DNA of 64,000 nucleotides from an uncultured bacterium (GTDB lineage Bacteria; Krumholzibacteriota; Krumholzibacteriia; Krumholzibacteriales; Krumholzibacteriaceae): contig CBDUYR010000008.1 of NCBI GenBank assembly GCA_965371515.1, positions 8,592 to 72,591 of the forward strand, given 5' to 3'. The number at the start of each line of letters is the position of its first letter. Position 1 is the first letter of the stretch. This document shows, piece by piece, positions 29,259 through 38,786 of the stretch. The position numbers and the translations under genes are program-made. The notes under the pieces were generated by a model, which did no database searches, was not told where the DNA came from, and saw only the letters and a list, made by a program, of their open reading frames with translations.

Positions 29259-30914
29259 ATGAGTCCGGATGTAATCAGAGCTCCTCGCGGCAGCGAGATC
29301 ACCTGTCGGGGATGGTTCCAGGAAGCGGCGATGAGGATGCTGATGAACAACCTCGATCCCGAGAACGCGGAGAATCCAGCCGAGCTGGTCGTGTACGGTG
29401 GGACGGGGAAGGCGGCGAGGAACTGGGACTGCTACCACGCCATCATCGATACCCTCAAGCGTCTCGGTAACGACGAGACCCTTCTCGTCCAGTCGGGCAA
29501 ACCGGTCGCAGTTTTCCCGACCCACGAGGGAGCGCCGCGTGTTCTGATCGCCAACTCCCTTCTTGTTCCAAAGTGGGCCACGTGGGAGCACTTCTGGGAG
29601 CTCGAATCGAAGGATCTGATGATGTACGGCCAGATGACGGCCGGCTCCTGGATGTACATCGGTACGCAGGGGATCCTGCAGGGAACCTATGAGACTTTGG
29701 CGGAATGCGCCAATCAGCATTTTGCTGGAAGCCTCAAGGGGAGGTTCGTCCTCTCCGGAGGACTCGGCGGTATGAGCGGCGCTCAGCCCCTGGCCGTTAC
29801 GATGAACGGCGGCGTCTGCCTCATAGTCGAGGTCGACCCCGAACGGATCAGGAAGCGCCTCGATACGAAGTATTGCGATGTGATGGAGACCGATCTCGAT
29901 CGCGCGCTCGAGAAGGTGGCCGAAGCGGTGAAGGCGAAAAAACCCCTATCCATAGGGCTTGTCGGCAATGCTGCCGACGTCTTCCCTGAGCTGGCCAGGC
30001 GGGATGTCGTCATCGACGTGGTCACCGATCAGACCTCCGCGCACGATCCTCTCAACGGGTATATACCGAGAGGCTACACCCTTGAGGAGGCCGCTGCGCT
30101 GAGGAAGAGCGATCCGGACAGGTACATCAAGGAAGCGACAGAATCGATCGTCCTGCATGTCCAGGCGATGCTCGACCTCCAGAAAAAGGGCTCGATCGTA
30201 TTCGATTACGGCAACAACATCCGGGGCCAGGCGGAGAAGGGTGGCCTGAAGAACGCCTTCGATTTCCCGGGTTTCGTTCCAGCGTTCATCCGTCCGATGT
30301 TCTGTATCGGCAAGGGGCCGTTCCGCTGGATCGCCCTTTCGGGGAAGAAGGAGGATATCTGGAGGACCGACGACCTCGTGCTCGAGATGTTCCCCGAGAA
30401 CGAGTCGCTCTGCAGGTGGATCAGGATGGCACGTGAGCAGGTCGCATTCCAGGGCCTGCCGTCGAGGATCTGCTGGCTTTCGTACGGCGAGAGGGAGAGA
30501 TTCGGCCTGGCGATTCATGACCTCGTGGCCAGAGGTGAGATCAGTGCGCCGATCGTGATCGGGCGCGATCACCTCGACAGCGGGTCGGTCGCTTCACCCT
30601 ACAGGGAGACCGAGAGTATGAAGGACGGCAGCGACGCAGTGGCCGACTGGCCGATCCTCAACGCTCTGCTCAACACGGCGGGCGGGGCGGCATGGGTATC
30701 GGTCCATCACGGGGGCGGCGTGGGCATGGGACTGTCCATCCACGCGGGCATCTCGGTCGTGGCCGACGGAACGCCGGAAGGCCGTGAAAAATTAGCGCGT
30801 TGCCTCAATAATGACCCTGGCACAGGAGTTGCAAGACACGCCGATGCCGGCTATGCGATAGCCGTTGAAAAAGCGAAAGATGCAGGGCTCGACATCCCGA
30901 TGCTGGGGAAATAA
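29259..30914 (+). CDS. hutU: Urocanate hydratase
   Basis: [89 protein letters not shown]. Confidence 0.98.
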   Translation: MSPDVIRAPRGSEITCRGWFQEAAMRMLMNNLDPENAENPAELVVYGGTGKAARNWDCYHAIIDTLKRLGNDETLLVQSGKPVAVFPTHEGAPRVLIANSLLVPKWATWEHFWELESKDLMMYGQMTAGSWMYIGTQGILQGTYETLAECANQHFAGSLKGRFVLSGGLGGMSGAQPLAVTMNGGVCLIVEVDPERIRKRLDTKYCDVMETDLDRALEKVAEAVKAKKPLSIGLVGNAADVFPELARRDVVIDVVTDQTSAHDPLNGYIPRGYTLEEAAALRKSDPDRYIKEATESIVLHVQAMLDLQKKGSIVFDYGNNIRGQAEKGGLKNAFDFPGFVPAFIRPMFCIGKGPFRWIALSGKKEDIWRTDDLVLEMFPENESLCRWIRMAREQVAFQGLPSRICWLSYGERERFGLAIHDLVARGEISAPIVIGRDHLDSGSVASPYRETESMKDGSDAVADWPILNALLNTAGGAAWVSVHHGGGVGMGLSIHAGISVVADGTPEGREKLARCLNNDPGTGVARHADAGYAIAVEKAKDAGLDIPMLGK

Positions 30915-31037
30915 CTATCTTTCCGCGTCTGGAAATCCGGAACGATTCGAAACTGCGCACTTCTTTCGCGACGCACGAGTTATGCATTTTGCCCGCGTAA
31001 TGGCGGGATTGTGGTTCGATTACGCAAGGAGTGGTGC

Positions 31038-32336
31038 TTGCCTGAGACCGTCGATCTGATGCTCCTCGGCGCCGGACAGCTCGTTACCTGTCGAAGTGGC
31101 GAAAAGGGACCACGCAGGGGAAAATATCTTGCCCATCCCGGTCTGGTGAAGGGTGGTGCGCTGGCAGTGTCCGCCGGGAGGATAGTAGCGGCTGGCACCG
31201 AGGACGAGGTGCGGAAGGCGGTCGGCGGATCCGAGGTCGTATCGACGATCTACGCGGACGGCCGGGTTGTCATGCCCGGATGGGTCGATCCTCACACCCA
31301 CGCCGTCTTCGCGGGGTACAGGGCCGACGAGTACGAGGCCAGGATAAGGGGAGACAGTTATCTCGAGATAGACAGTCGAGGCGGCGGGATAAAGCGCTCC
31401 GTCAGAGAGTTGAGGGAGACGGATGAGGACCGGCTGTTTGAGATAAACAGGCGTCGCATCCTGAAGATGCTCGAGCAGGGAGTAACTACGATAGAGATCA
31501 AGAGCGGGTACGGGCTCGATCTCGAAAACGAAATGAAACAGCTGAGAGTGATCGGGCGCCTCGCGGCCGGGACGCCTCTCGATGTCGTAGCTACATTCAT
31601 GGGCGCGCATCACAAGCCGCCCGGCGAGAAGGACGGCGGAAAGTATGTCGATATTCTGATTGACGAGATGATGCCGGCTGTGGCCGATGCGGGGCTGGCC
31701 AGGTACATCGATGTCTTCTGCGAGAAGGGCGTTTTTGACGTGAACGAGACGAGGCGCATACTCGAGGCGGGTGCACGGCACGGCTTCGGTCTCAAGGTCC
31801 ACTCGGACGAGATATATGCCCTGGGCGGGACTGAACTTGCCGTTGAGATGGGCGCCGTATCGGTGGAGCACCTGACGAAGGTGACTCCGGCCGGGATAGC
31901 CGCCCTCTCGGGAAGCCCGACTATAGCTGTGCTCCTGCCGTCGACATCGTTCGGACTCGCTTCGAAGCATTACGCGCCCGCCAGGAAGATGATCGATTCC
32001 GGCGTCGCAGTCGCTCTGTCGACAGATTTTAATCCGGGGAGCGCGCCGTCGCATTCGATGCCGCTCGCCGTTTCGATAGCCTGTTCACAGATGGGGATGG
32101 TGCCGGCCGAGGCGATAGTCGCGGCGACGTTCAATGCCGCCTGCGCTGTCGGCATGGAAAACGAGGTCGGATCGCTGGAAGAGGGCAAGAAGGCTGATTT
32201 CGTGATATACGACGTCGAGGACTACCGCGAGATTCCATCTCGCGCCGGTGAGAACCACGCAGTCGTCGTCGTCAAGGAAGGTTCCGTGGTCTGGGAACTC
32301 CAGGGGTACAGGGAGAGAAGCGAGGTCGGGCTGTGA
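31038..32336 (+). CDS. hutI: Imidazolonepropionase
   Basis: PGWVDPHTH, GVTTIEIKSGYGL, FMGAH, DVFCEKG, HSDE, STDFNPGS; follows hutU. Probable TTG start at 31038 after AAGGAG. Confidence 0.95.
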   Translation: MPETVDLMLLGAGQLVTCRSGEKGPRRGKYLAHPGLVKGGALAVSAGRIVAAGTEDEVRKAVGGSEVVSTIYADGRVVMPGWVDPHTHAVFAGYRADEYEARIRGDSYLEIDSRGGGIKRSVRELRETDEDRLFEINRRRILKMLEQGVTTIEIKSGYGLDLENEMKQLRVIGRLAAGTPLDVVATFMGAHHKPPGEKDGGKYVDILIDEMMPAVADAGLARYIDVFCEKGVFDVNETRRILEAGARHGFGLKVHSDEIYALGGTELAVEMGAVSVEHLTKVTPAGIAALSGSPTIAVLLPSTSFGLASKHYAPARKMIDSGVAVALSTDFNPGSAPSHSMPLAVSIACSQMGMVPAEAIVAATFNAACAVGMENEVGSLEEGKKADFVIYDVEDYREIPSRAGENHAVVVVKEGSVVWELQGYRERSEVGL

Positions 32337-33874
32337 GCAGGGCCAGTCAGCTCAGACATAAGGCTCAGAATCATCTCAAGAGTGGGAAGCTCGCCGAAGC
32401 CATAGATACGTACAAAAAGCTCCTCCAGATAGAGTCGCATAATCCCAACCTTTACAACGAGCTCGGCGATATATATCTCAGGGCGGAGGACCGGATGCAG
32501 GCCATCTTGTCTTTCGGCAAGGCCGTCGATCACTATGAAAAGGTCGCTCTCTACAACAACGCCGTAGCGGTATGCAAAAAGATACTGAGGGTCGTTCCCA
32601 ACAGACTCGAATCGATATTTAAACTCGGAGAGCTGAAGGCCAAACAGAAGTTCAACTGCGAGGCCTCGAGGATGTTCATACAGTATCTCGAATTGGCATC
32701 CGCCGACGAGATGAACTCGTCGCGGGATAATATCATTCCAAAGGTGGAGTCCATCCTCGAGCTCGTGCCGGAAGACGACGAGCTTCACGCCAGGGTTGCC
32801 GAGGTGCTCACGCAGATCGGTCTGAAGATCGCTTCGGCGGAGGTCTTCGCAAAACTGATCATACGGAGCGTCGAGAACGATGACAATGAGAAGACCGACA
32901 TCTATCGGGGCAAGCTCGATCTCCTCCGGGAATCTCTTTCCGCCGAGGAGCAGGCCAGTATAGAGGAGATCCTTGCCGGAAGCCTCGAGCTGGAGGATGA
33001 TGGAGAGGAATTGGACGAAGAGCCGGATCTCACCGTCGAGGAGATCGATACCAAGGCAGCGGCGGAGTCGGCCGGAAGCGATCCGGTGGAGGCGGAACCC
33101 GTGGTCGAGGAAGAGCCGGCTGTAGAGGAATGCGCTGAGGAACCTGCTCCAGCCCGGGAGGACGAGACACAGCCCGAGCCCGCGGCCGAAACGGCCCGGG
33201 AATACGAGATACCCTCAGAGCCCGAGCCCGAACCTGAGCCCGAAACCGGGACAGGACAGGAATATGAGATTCCAGTAGAGCCTGCAGCCGAAGAGAAACA
33301 GGAAGCCCCGACAGCGCCAGAGGTCGCAGAGGAATATGTCATCGACGAAGCTCCTGCGGACGATTCCACAGTAGAGTCCGATGCGGGCGCCACTATCGCG
33401 AAAGACGGTCTCTCCGACATACTCGAAGCCGAGGATGCCTCCAACGAGGCGACCTTCATCGACACGGAGAAGCTCGCGGAGGAGATAACGAGCGATGTGG
33501 CGGAGGACGATTTCAGGAGCCACTACGATCTCGGAATGGCATACATCGAGATGGCTCTCTACAACGAGGCGATCAGGGAGCTGCAGATATCTGCGAGATC
33601 CGAGCAGCTCCAGCTGCGCGGTCTCGAGATGATCGGGCACTGCTTCCTGATGCTCGACAATCCGCGCCTGGCCGTAAAGCAGCTCATTCGAGGGCTCGAG
33701 ATAGCGATGACGACAGGCGGAGACAACCTCGGTATCCATTATAACCTCGGCCTGGCCTACGAGGGACTGAACGAAGTCGAGAAGGCGAGGGAGCATTTCG
33801 AGGAAGTCTATATAGTCGACGTGGCTTTCCGTGATATATCACAAAAGATGAAGCAGTACAGTACCGTAAGCTGA
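32333..33874 (+). CDS. TPR protein with an acidic low-complexity linker (SgmX/Bd2492-like architecture)
   Basis: N-terminal TPRs (YNELGDIYLR...AVAVCKKILR), E/P/A-rich linker, C-terminal TPRs (DFRSHYDLGMAYIEMALYNEAI...HYNLGLAYE...FRDI). Confidence 0.75.
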   Translation: MSRASQLRHKAQNHLKSGKLAEAIDTYKKLLQIESHNPNLYNELGDIYLRAEDRMQAILSFGKAVDHYEKVALYNNAVAVCKKILRVVPNRLESIFKLGELKAKQKFNCEASRMFIQYLELASADEMNSSRDNIIPKVESILELVPEDDELHARVAEVLTQIGLKIASAEVFAKLIIRSVENDDNEKTDIYRGKLDLLRESLSAEEQASIEEILAGSLELEDDGEELDEEPDLTVEEIDTKAAAESAGSDPVEAEPVVEEEPAVEECAEEPAPAREDETQPEPAAETAREYEIPSEPEPEPEPETGTGQEYEIPVEPAAEEKQEAPTAPEVAEEYVIDEAPADDSTVESDAGATIAKDGLSDILEAEDASNEATFIDTEKLAEEITSDVAEDDFRSHYDLGMAYIEMALYNEAIRELQISARSEQLQLRGLEMIGHCFLMLDNPRLAVKQLIRGLEIAMTTGGDNLGIHYNLGLAYEGLNEVEKAREHFEEVYIVDVAFRDISQKMKQYSTVS

Positions 33875-33883
33875 AAGAACTGG

Positions 33884-34723
33884 ATGAATCCCATTTCTTC
33901 CTGCGACCTTCACATACATTCATATTATTCCGACGGGATGATGTCGCCTGCCGGGATAGTTCGTGCCGGCGCAGAGGCCGGCCTTTCCGCGATATCGATC
34001 GCTGATCATGACACGGCCGCGGGACAGGCCGAAGCGATCGAGGCCGGCGACGTCTCAGGGATCGAGATACTCACTGGGATAGAGTTCAGCGTTATGGAAG
34101 ATGAACTCGATATCCATATCCTCGGATATTGCTTCGATCTTTCGGCCGGAAGGCTGTCCGATGTGCTCGAGGTTCTCGAGAGAGGAAGAGCCGAGCGGGC
34201 AGAGAAGATCGCCGACAAGCTGCAGGACCTGGGAGTGCCCGTGACTTTCGACGAGATAATGGCCGTCGCCGGTGCGGGAACGGTCGGAAGGCCGCATGTG
34301 GCGAGGATCCTCCTGAGGAAGGGGATCGTCGCCGAATTCCAGGAAGCGTTCGACAGGTTCCTGGGATACGGCGCATCGTGCTACGTCCCGAAGATGGTCC
34401 TTCCGCTCGAGGAGGTCGTCTCCATCACAAGGGAATCGGGGGGTGTCGCAGTATGGGCCCATCCCGGAGCGAACATCAGGAAGCGCAGGCTGGTGGACCG
34501 GATCTTCAGTTGCGGGGTCGAAGGCATAGAGGCCTGGCACCCCAACCACACCGAGGAGATAACCAGGCTTGCCGTCCGCGAGGCAGACAGACGCGGGCTC
34601 GTATGCACGGGCGGCTCCGATTACCATTTCGACGAGGCAAAGAAGGCCGGCATCGGGGAAATCGATGTGCCGTACGACTCAGTGACAGCGCTCCGCAACC
34701 GCGCCTCTGGACTTTCGGCTTGA
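33884..34723 (+). CDS. PHP domain protein (TrpH/YciV family)
   Basis: CDLHIHSYYSDG, IADHDT, GIEFS, IHILGY, VGRPHVA, WAHP, TGGSDYH. Confidence 0.9.
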   Translation: MNPISSCDLHIHSYYSDGMMSPAGIVRAGAEAGLSAISIADHDTAAGQAEAIEAGDVSGIEILTGIEFSVMEDELDIHILGYCFDLSAGRLSDVLEVLERGRAERAEKIADKLQDLGVPVTFDEIMAVAGAGTVGRPHVARILLRKGIVAEFQEAFDRFLGYGASCYVPKMVLPLEEVVSITRESGGVAVWAHPGANIRKRRLVDRIFSCGVEGIEAWHPNHTEEITRLAVREADRRGLVCTGGSDYHFDEAKKAGIGEIDVPYDSVTALRNRASGLSA

Positions 34724-34755
34724 CCGACGGGCGTACTGCCCCACAATATCCCTCT

Positions 34756-36609
34756 ATGACACGTCTGAACAATCCGTTGCCGGTCATATTGCTCATATTG
34801 ACTGCCGCTATCGCGGCTATTCCCGCTGCCGAATGCAGGGGGGAGGCGTCCCGCTACGGGGGTGCCTACCTGTCCGCGGCGGGCGATACCCTCGCCCTTC
34901 CCGGTGAAGTCTTCGTAGTGACCGCCGAGGAGCTTGCCCGGTTCGATATTAACACTATCGAGGATATCATAGAGCACCTTCCCGGGATCAGCGTCCTGCA
35001 GGGCGGGCCGCCTGGATCGAAGACCCTCTATACAATAGACGGCAGGACGGTCAAGGGGATGACGCTGCTGGTCAACGGCGTACCATATAACGATCCGTAC
35101 AACGAGGACCCGCTGGCGAGGTTCCTGACGCTCTCGAGGGTCCGCCGGGTGGAGGTCATATACAGTGCTTCGCCGTCACTCACCGGCAGGGCTTCATCAG
35201 GCGGAGTGATAAACATCGTCGTGGAGGAAGGGGGTCGGAAGCCGCCTGTTGCCGCCGGCGATTTTACATGGGGCGGGAACGGCCGCAAGTCGCGCAAGGC
35301 GTGGTTCTCGTCGCCCGATGCATTTATCAACGGAACGATCACATACGACGAGTACATGCAGGATTATTTCGAATCTGTCGTCGATGAACCGTCGGCACGC
35401 GTCGGCGAGTACAACTCGAGATCGGTCATGCTCGAGCTGACCCTAAGGGGAAAGGCAGATGACAGGGTGCTCATCCGGCTCCGAAGGTTTGAGGATTCGT
35501 ACAACGGTACTCGTAACTGGCCCGAGCGCCGCGATCTGCTGAGGCCCCCCGAGAATGTCAGGTACAGCGGACTCGATTCGGAGGTCAGGTATGTGAGGGG
35601 TGGCGCCGAGGTATCGCTGAGGCAGCGGTTCGTCGAGATGAAGAGAAAGGCGGGATGGACCTCGGGACTGGTGTTCGGGGGAGCGGTCACCTGGCACGGC
35701 CTTGCGGGCTCGACCGCCGTGAAGGGATTTGTCACGGCAGAGAGGGCGGCGTTCGAGAACCGTCTCTGGGGCGAGCCTTTCTCACCCGATGTCGACCGTG
35801 CGGAGGGCGGCCTGACCGTCGGCGGCGACACAGGACACCTGCGCTGGAGGGGAGGGATCTCGGCCGGTTCGATGACGGGATCGGGATTCTTCGCCGGCGG
35901 CGAGGCGGCGCTCTCACGGGGAAACGAGAAGGGGTTATATCAGACCCTGATAGTGGCAAGGCGTGTCCGGACACCGACTGCCGAGGAGCTCTACCAGCCT
36001 GACTTCGAGTATCTTCCGAACGGTGATTCGCTGAACACAGCCGGTAATCCCGGCCTCGGCCACGAGACCTCCGACGAGATCTCGCTCGGTCTCGGGTACG
36101 GGACTGCCGTGACTACCGATATCTTCGTGAGGTTCGAGCGAAGCAGGATATCTCTCGAGGGCTCCGATCCCGCCGTCTACATGTCCAACAGCAGTGACGA
36201 TGTGATCGGACTGCGTGCGTCGCTGAGGGGCGGGGGATCGACAGGTATCGCCTCTTTCAGTTACAACTGGCAGCTGAGAGGCTACTGGTTCGCCGACAGG
36301 GCCGAGATCACACCGGGTGTCCCTGAGTATTACGCAAGGGCCGGGCTATGGCTGAGCCGCCCTTCATTTAAAAAGACAGAGCAATTTATCATCGGGGTCT
36401 ACGCATCCGAGACGGGGAGCCGGCTCTTTTACGGAGTCGAGCTGGGCCGCTACACGCTCCTCGATCTCTCCGTTTCGCTCACCGTGCTCGGGGCTGTGGC
36501 GAAGTTCGAGATGAAGAATATCCTCGACGAGAAGTACGAGACGGTGCCGGGAATGTACATGCCCGGCAAGCACTACCGTTTCGGGATCAACTGGCGACTC
36601 TTCGACTGA
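34756..36609 (+). CDS. TonB-dependent receptor-like outer-membrane protein
   Basis: Real start probably ATG 34756 (signal peptide). Plug domain VFVVTAEEL...IEDIIEHLPGI...LLVNGVP...RVEVI...GGVINIV; barrel end KNILDEKYE...PG.HYRFGINW. Confidence 0.8.
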   Translation: MTRLNNPLPVILLILTAAIAAIPAAECRGEASRYGGAYLSAAGDTLALPGEVFVVTAEELARFDINTIEDIIEHLPGISVLQGGPPGSKTLYTIDGRTVKGMTLLVNGVPYNDPYNEDPLARFLTLSRVRRVEVIYSASPSLTGRASSGGVINIVVEEGGRKPPVAAGDFTWGGNGRKSRKAWFSSPDAFINGTITYDEYMQDYFESVVDEPSARVGEYNSRSVMLELTLRGKADDRVLIRLRRFEDSYNGTRNWPERRDLLRPPENVRYSGLDSEVRYVRGGAEVSLRQRFVEMKRKAGWTSGLVFGGAVTWHGLAGSTAVKGFVTAERAAFENRLWGEPFSPDVDRAEGGLTVGGDTGHLRWRGGISAGSMTGSGFFAGGEAALSRGNEKGLYQTLIVARRVRTPTAEELYQPDFEYLPNGDSLNTAGNPGLGHETSDEISLGLGYGTAVTTDIFVRFERSRISLEGSDPAVYMSNSSDDVIGLRASLRGGGSTGIASFSYNWQLRGYWFADRAEITPGVPEYYARAGLWLSRPSFKKTEQFIIGVYASETGSRLFYGVELGRYTLLDLSVSLTVLGAVAKFEMKNILDEKYETVPGMYMPGKHYRFGINWRLFD

Positions 36610-36923
36610 CGCCGCTCGATCACACCCGCAACTTCTTTCGCTGGCAGAAAATCCGACAGAAGGTAAACGATTCTGGACACCGGCGCGGGAATTTTGTGCC
36701 GTCGTCCGGCCTTGCATTGTGCGAATCCGCTTGCAAGCTGCACCCGGCCCGTCAGTCCACGAGGATGTGCCGCCGCGTCGGCGGATTTTCCGATAATCCC
36801 ATGTAGACAGGCCTTTTCCTTAAGTCAGGGTTCTGGCCGTTCGACGCTTCCAGGTGGTCCACGGGCCCCGATATTTTCCTGAAAGCTGTTGACCCTTATC
36901 CCGTTATCCGGCCGTCCGACCCA

Positions 36924-36938
36924 TGGCATGCTTATTGC
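36924..36938 (+). promoter_or_regulatory. sigma54 (-24/-12) promoter upstream of pilB
   Basis: TGGCATGCTTATTGC: GG-N10-GC, near the consensus TGGCACGnnnnTTGC. Confidence 0.75.
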
Positions 36939-37060
36939 GGTCGGGGGGATGAAATTAAGGGCAGGAGTGTTTATAAGGCAGAATAACGCTCACGACTGCT
37001 TCAGGTGGATACGGATTTGCATCAGGTTCGTGAGGATTGATATCCGGGCGGAGGAAGTCC

Positions 37061-38743
37061 TTGAGTGACAATATAGCCAACCAGCTGATCGAGTCGAGTC
37101 TTATCAGCCAGGACCAGCTTGAACTTGCTCTGACCGAGCAGGGGCAGTCCGGCGGCAGTCTCGGCTACAACCTGGTGAAGACGGGAGCGATCTCGGAGAA
37201 GGCCTTTTCCGAGTTTCTCTCGCAGCAGTACCAGGTACCCGCGGTCGATCTCGACGAGCTCGAGGCGGAGGAGCACTCCGTCGAGCTGATACCGTCAGAG
37301 GTCGCGACCAAGTTCCAGGTCGTACCCATCTCCAGAGAGGGCAGGGTTCTTACTCTGGCGATGGCTAACCCCGACAACATTTTCGCTATCGACGACATCA
37401 AGTTCATCACGGGTCTCGAAGTGCGTCCGGTAGTCGCCACTGAGACGGCGATCAAGAGGGCGATCGACCGGTTCTACGATTCGGCCGATTCGCTCGCCGA
37501 GGTGATGCGCGACATCGAGGAGGATGACTTCGAGGTTGTCGAGGACATGGAAGAAGATCTCGGGCTTGCCGAGGCGCAGAGCGAGGACGCTCCAGTCGTC
37601 AAGCTCGTCAACTCCCTCATATCAGATGCGGTGAACAAGGGCGCGAGCGATATCCACATCGAGCCGTTCGAGAGATCGATGAGGGTCCGCTTCAGGATCG
37701 ACGGGCAGCTGCACGAGATGATGTCGCCCCCGATCAAGATGAGAAGCGCCATAACCTCGCGAATAAAGATCATGGCCGAACTGGATATCGCGGAGAAGAG
37801 GGTGCCGCAGGACGGGCGCATCAAGATCAGGATCGGCAGTAAGAAGATCGATCTCCGTGTCAGCAGTCTGCCTACGATATTCGGCGAGAAGATCGTGATG
37901 CGAATCCTCGACAAGAGTAACCTCGAGATAGACCTGACCAGGCTGGGATTCCAGACTGAGGCTCTCGATAAGTTCCTGAAGGCGATCGAATCGCCCTACG
38001 GCATGGTGATCGTGACCGGTCCGACTGGTAGCGGAAAGACGACCACTCTTTACTCAGCACTTCACAAGATCAACCTTCCGCACCACAATATAATGACCGC
38101 AGAGGACCCGGTCGAGTACAACCTCGAAGGGATCAACCAGGTCAACGTGCATGAGGAGATAGGCCTGACCTTTGCCTCGTCGCTCAAGGCCTTCCTCCGT
38201 CAGGACCCGAACATAATAATGGTTGGCGAGATCCGTGACCTCGAGACGGGATCGATCGCCGTCAAGGCGGCGCTTACAGGCCACCTTGTGCTCAGCACCC
38301 TTCATACGAACGATGCTGCGAGTACGATCAACAGGATGATCGATATGGGTATCGAGCCGTTCCTCGTGGCGAGCTCCACGAACCTCATCCAGGCGCAGAG
38401 GCTTATCCGCCGGCTTTGTGAGAGCTGCAAGGAGAAGGAAATGATCCATCCCGAGGTGCTGCGCGAGCTCAACATACCTGACGAGACTCCATTCGAGATC
38501 TTCGAGCCCGTCGGCTGTCCGAAATGCAGCAACACGGGCTACAAGGGCAGGACGGGACTGTACGAGGTCATGCCGATATCCCCGGAAATCAGAGACATGA
38601 TACTGAACAGATGTTCGTCGACGGAGATCGGCGAGCAGGCCGTAAAGGAAGGCATGCTCACGCTCAGGGCCGACGGTGTACAGAAACTGAAAACCGGCTG
38701 GACCTCGGTCGAAGAGGTGCTCAGAGAGACGACCGACCAGTAA
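37061..38743 (+). CDS. pilB: Type IV pilus extension ATPase PilB
   Basis: Probable TTG start 37061 after GGAGGA; ASDIHIEP, EKRVPQDGR, Walker A GPTGSGKTT, AEDPVEY, LRQDPNIIMVGEIRD, TGHLVLSTLHTND, zinc motif CESC...CPKC. Confidence 0.95.
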   Translation: MSDNIANQLIESSLISQDQLELALTEQGQSGGSLGYNLVKTGAISEKAFSEFLSQQYQVPAVDLDELEAEEHSVELIPSEVATKFQVVPISREGRVLTLAMANPDNIFAIDDIKFITGLEVRPVVATETAIKRAIDRFYDSADSLAEVMRDIEEDDFEVVEDMEEDLGLAEAQSEDAPVVKLVNSLISDAVNKGASDIHIEPFERSMRVRFRIDGQLHEMMSPPIKMRSAITSRIKIMAELDIAEKRVPQDGRIKIRIGSKKIDLRVSSLPTIFGEKIVMRILDKSNLEIDLTRLGFQTEALDKFLKAIESPYGMVIVTGPTGSGKTTTLYSALHKINLPHHNIMTAEDPVEYNLEGINQVNVHEEIGLTFASSLKAFLRQDPNIIMVGEIRDLETGSIAVKAALTGHLVLSTLHTNDAASTINRMIDMGIEPFLVASSTNLIQAQRLIRRLCESCKEKEMIHPEVLRELNIPDETPFEIFEPVGCPKCSNTGYKGRTGLYEVMPISPEIRDMILNRCSSTEIGEQAVKEGMLTLRADGVQKLKTGWTSVEEVLRETTDQ

Positions 38744-38786
38744 CAATCATCGGTCGTGTATCACATAGGAGAGAAGAAGGAAAAAT

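Noticed and set aside
34129..34755. 826-aa version of the TonB receptor ORF overlapping the PHP gene
   Set aside because: The first 209 codons are an Arg-rich off-frame read of the PHP gene; the signal peptide begins at ATG 34756
36896..36912. Tandem TTATCC, and TGTGGATTA near 25398, as DnaA boxes
   Set aside because: Poor or isolated matches to TTATCCACA, no cluster and no origin-type gene context
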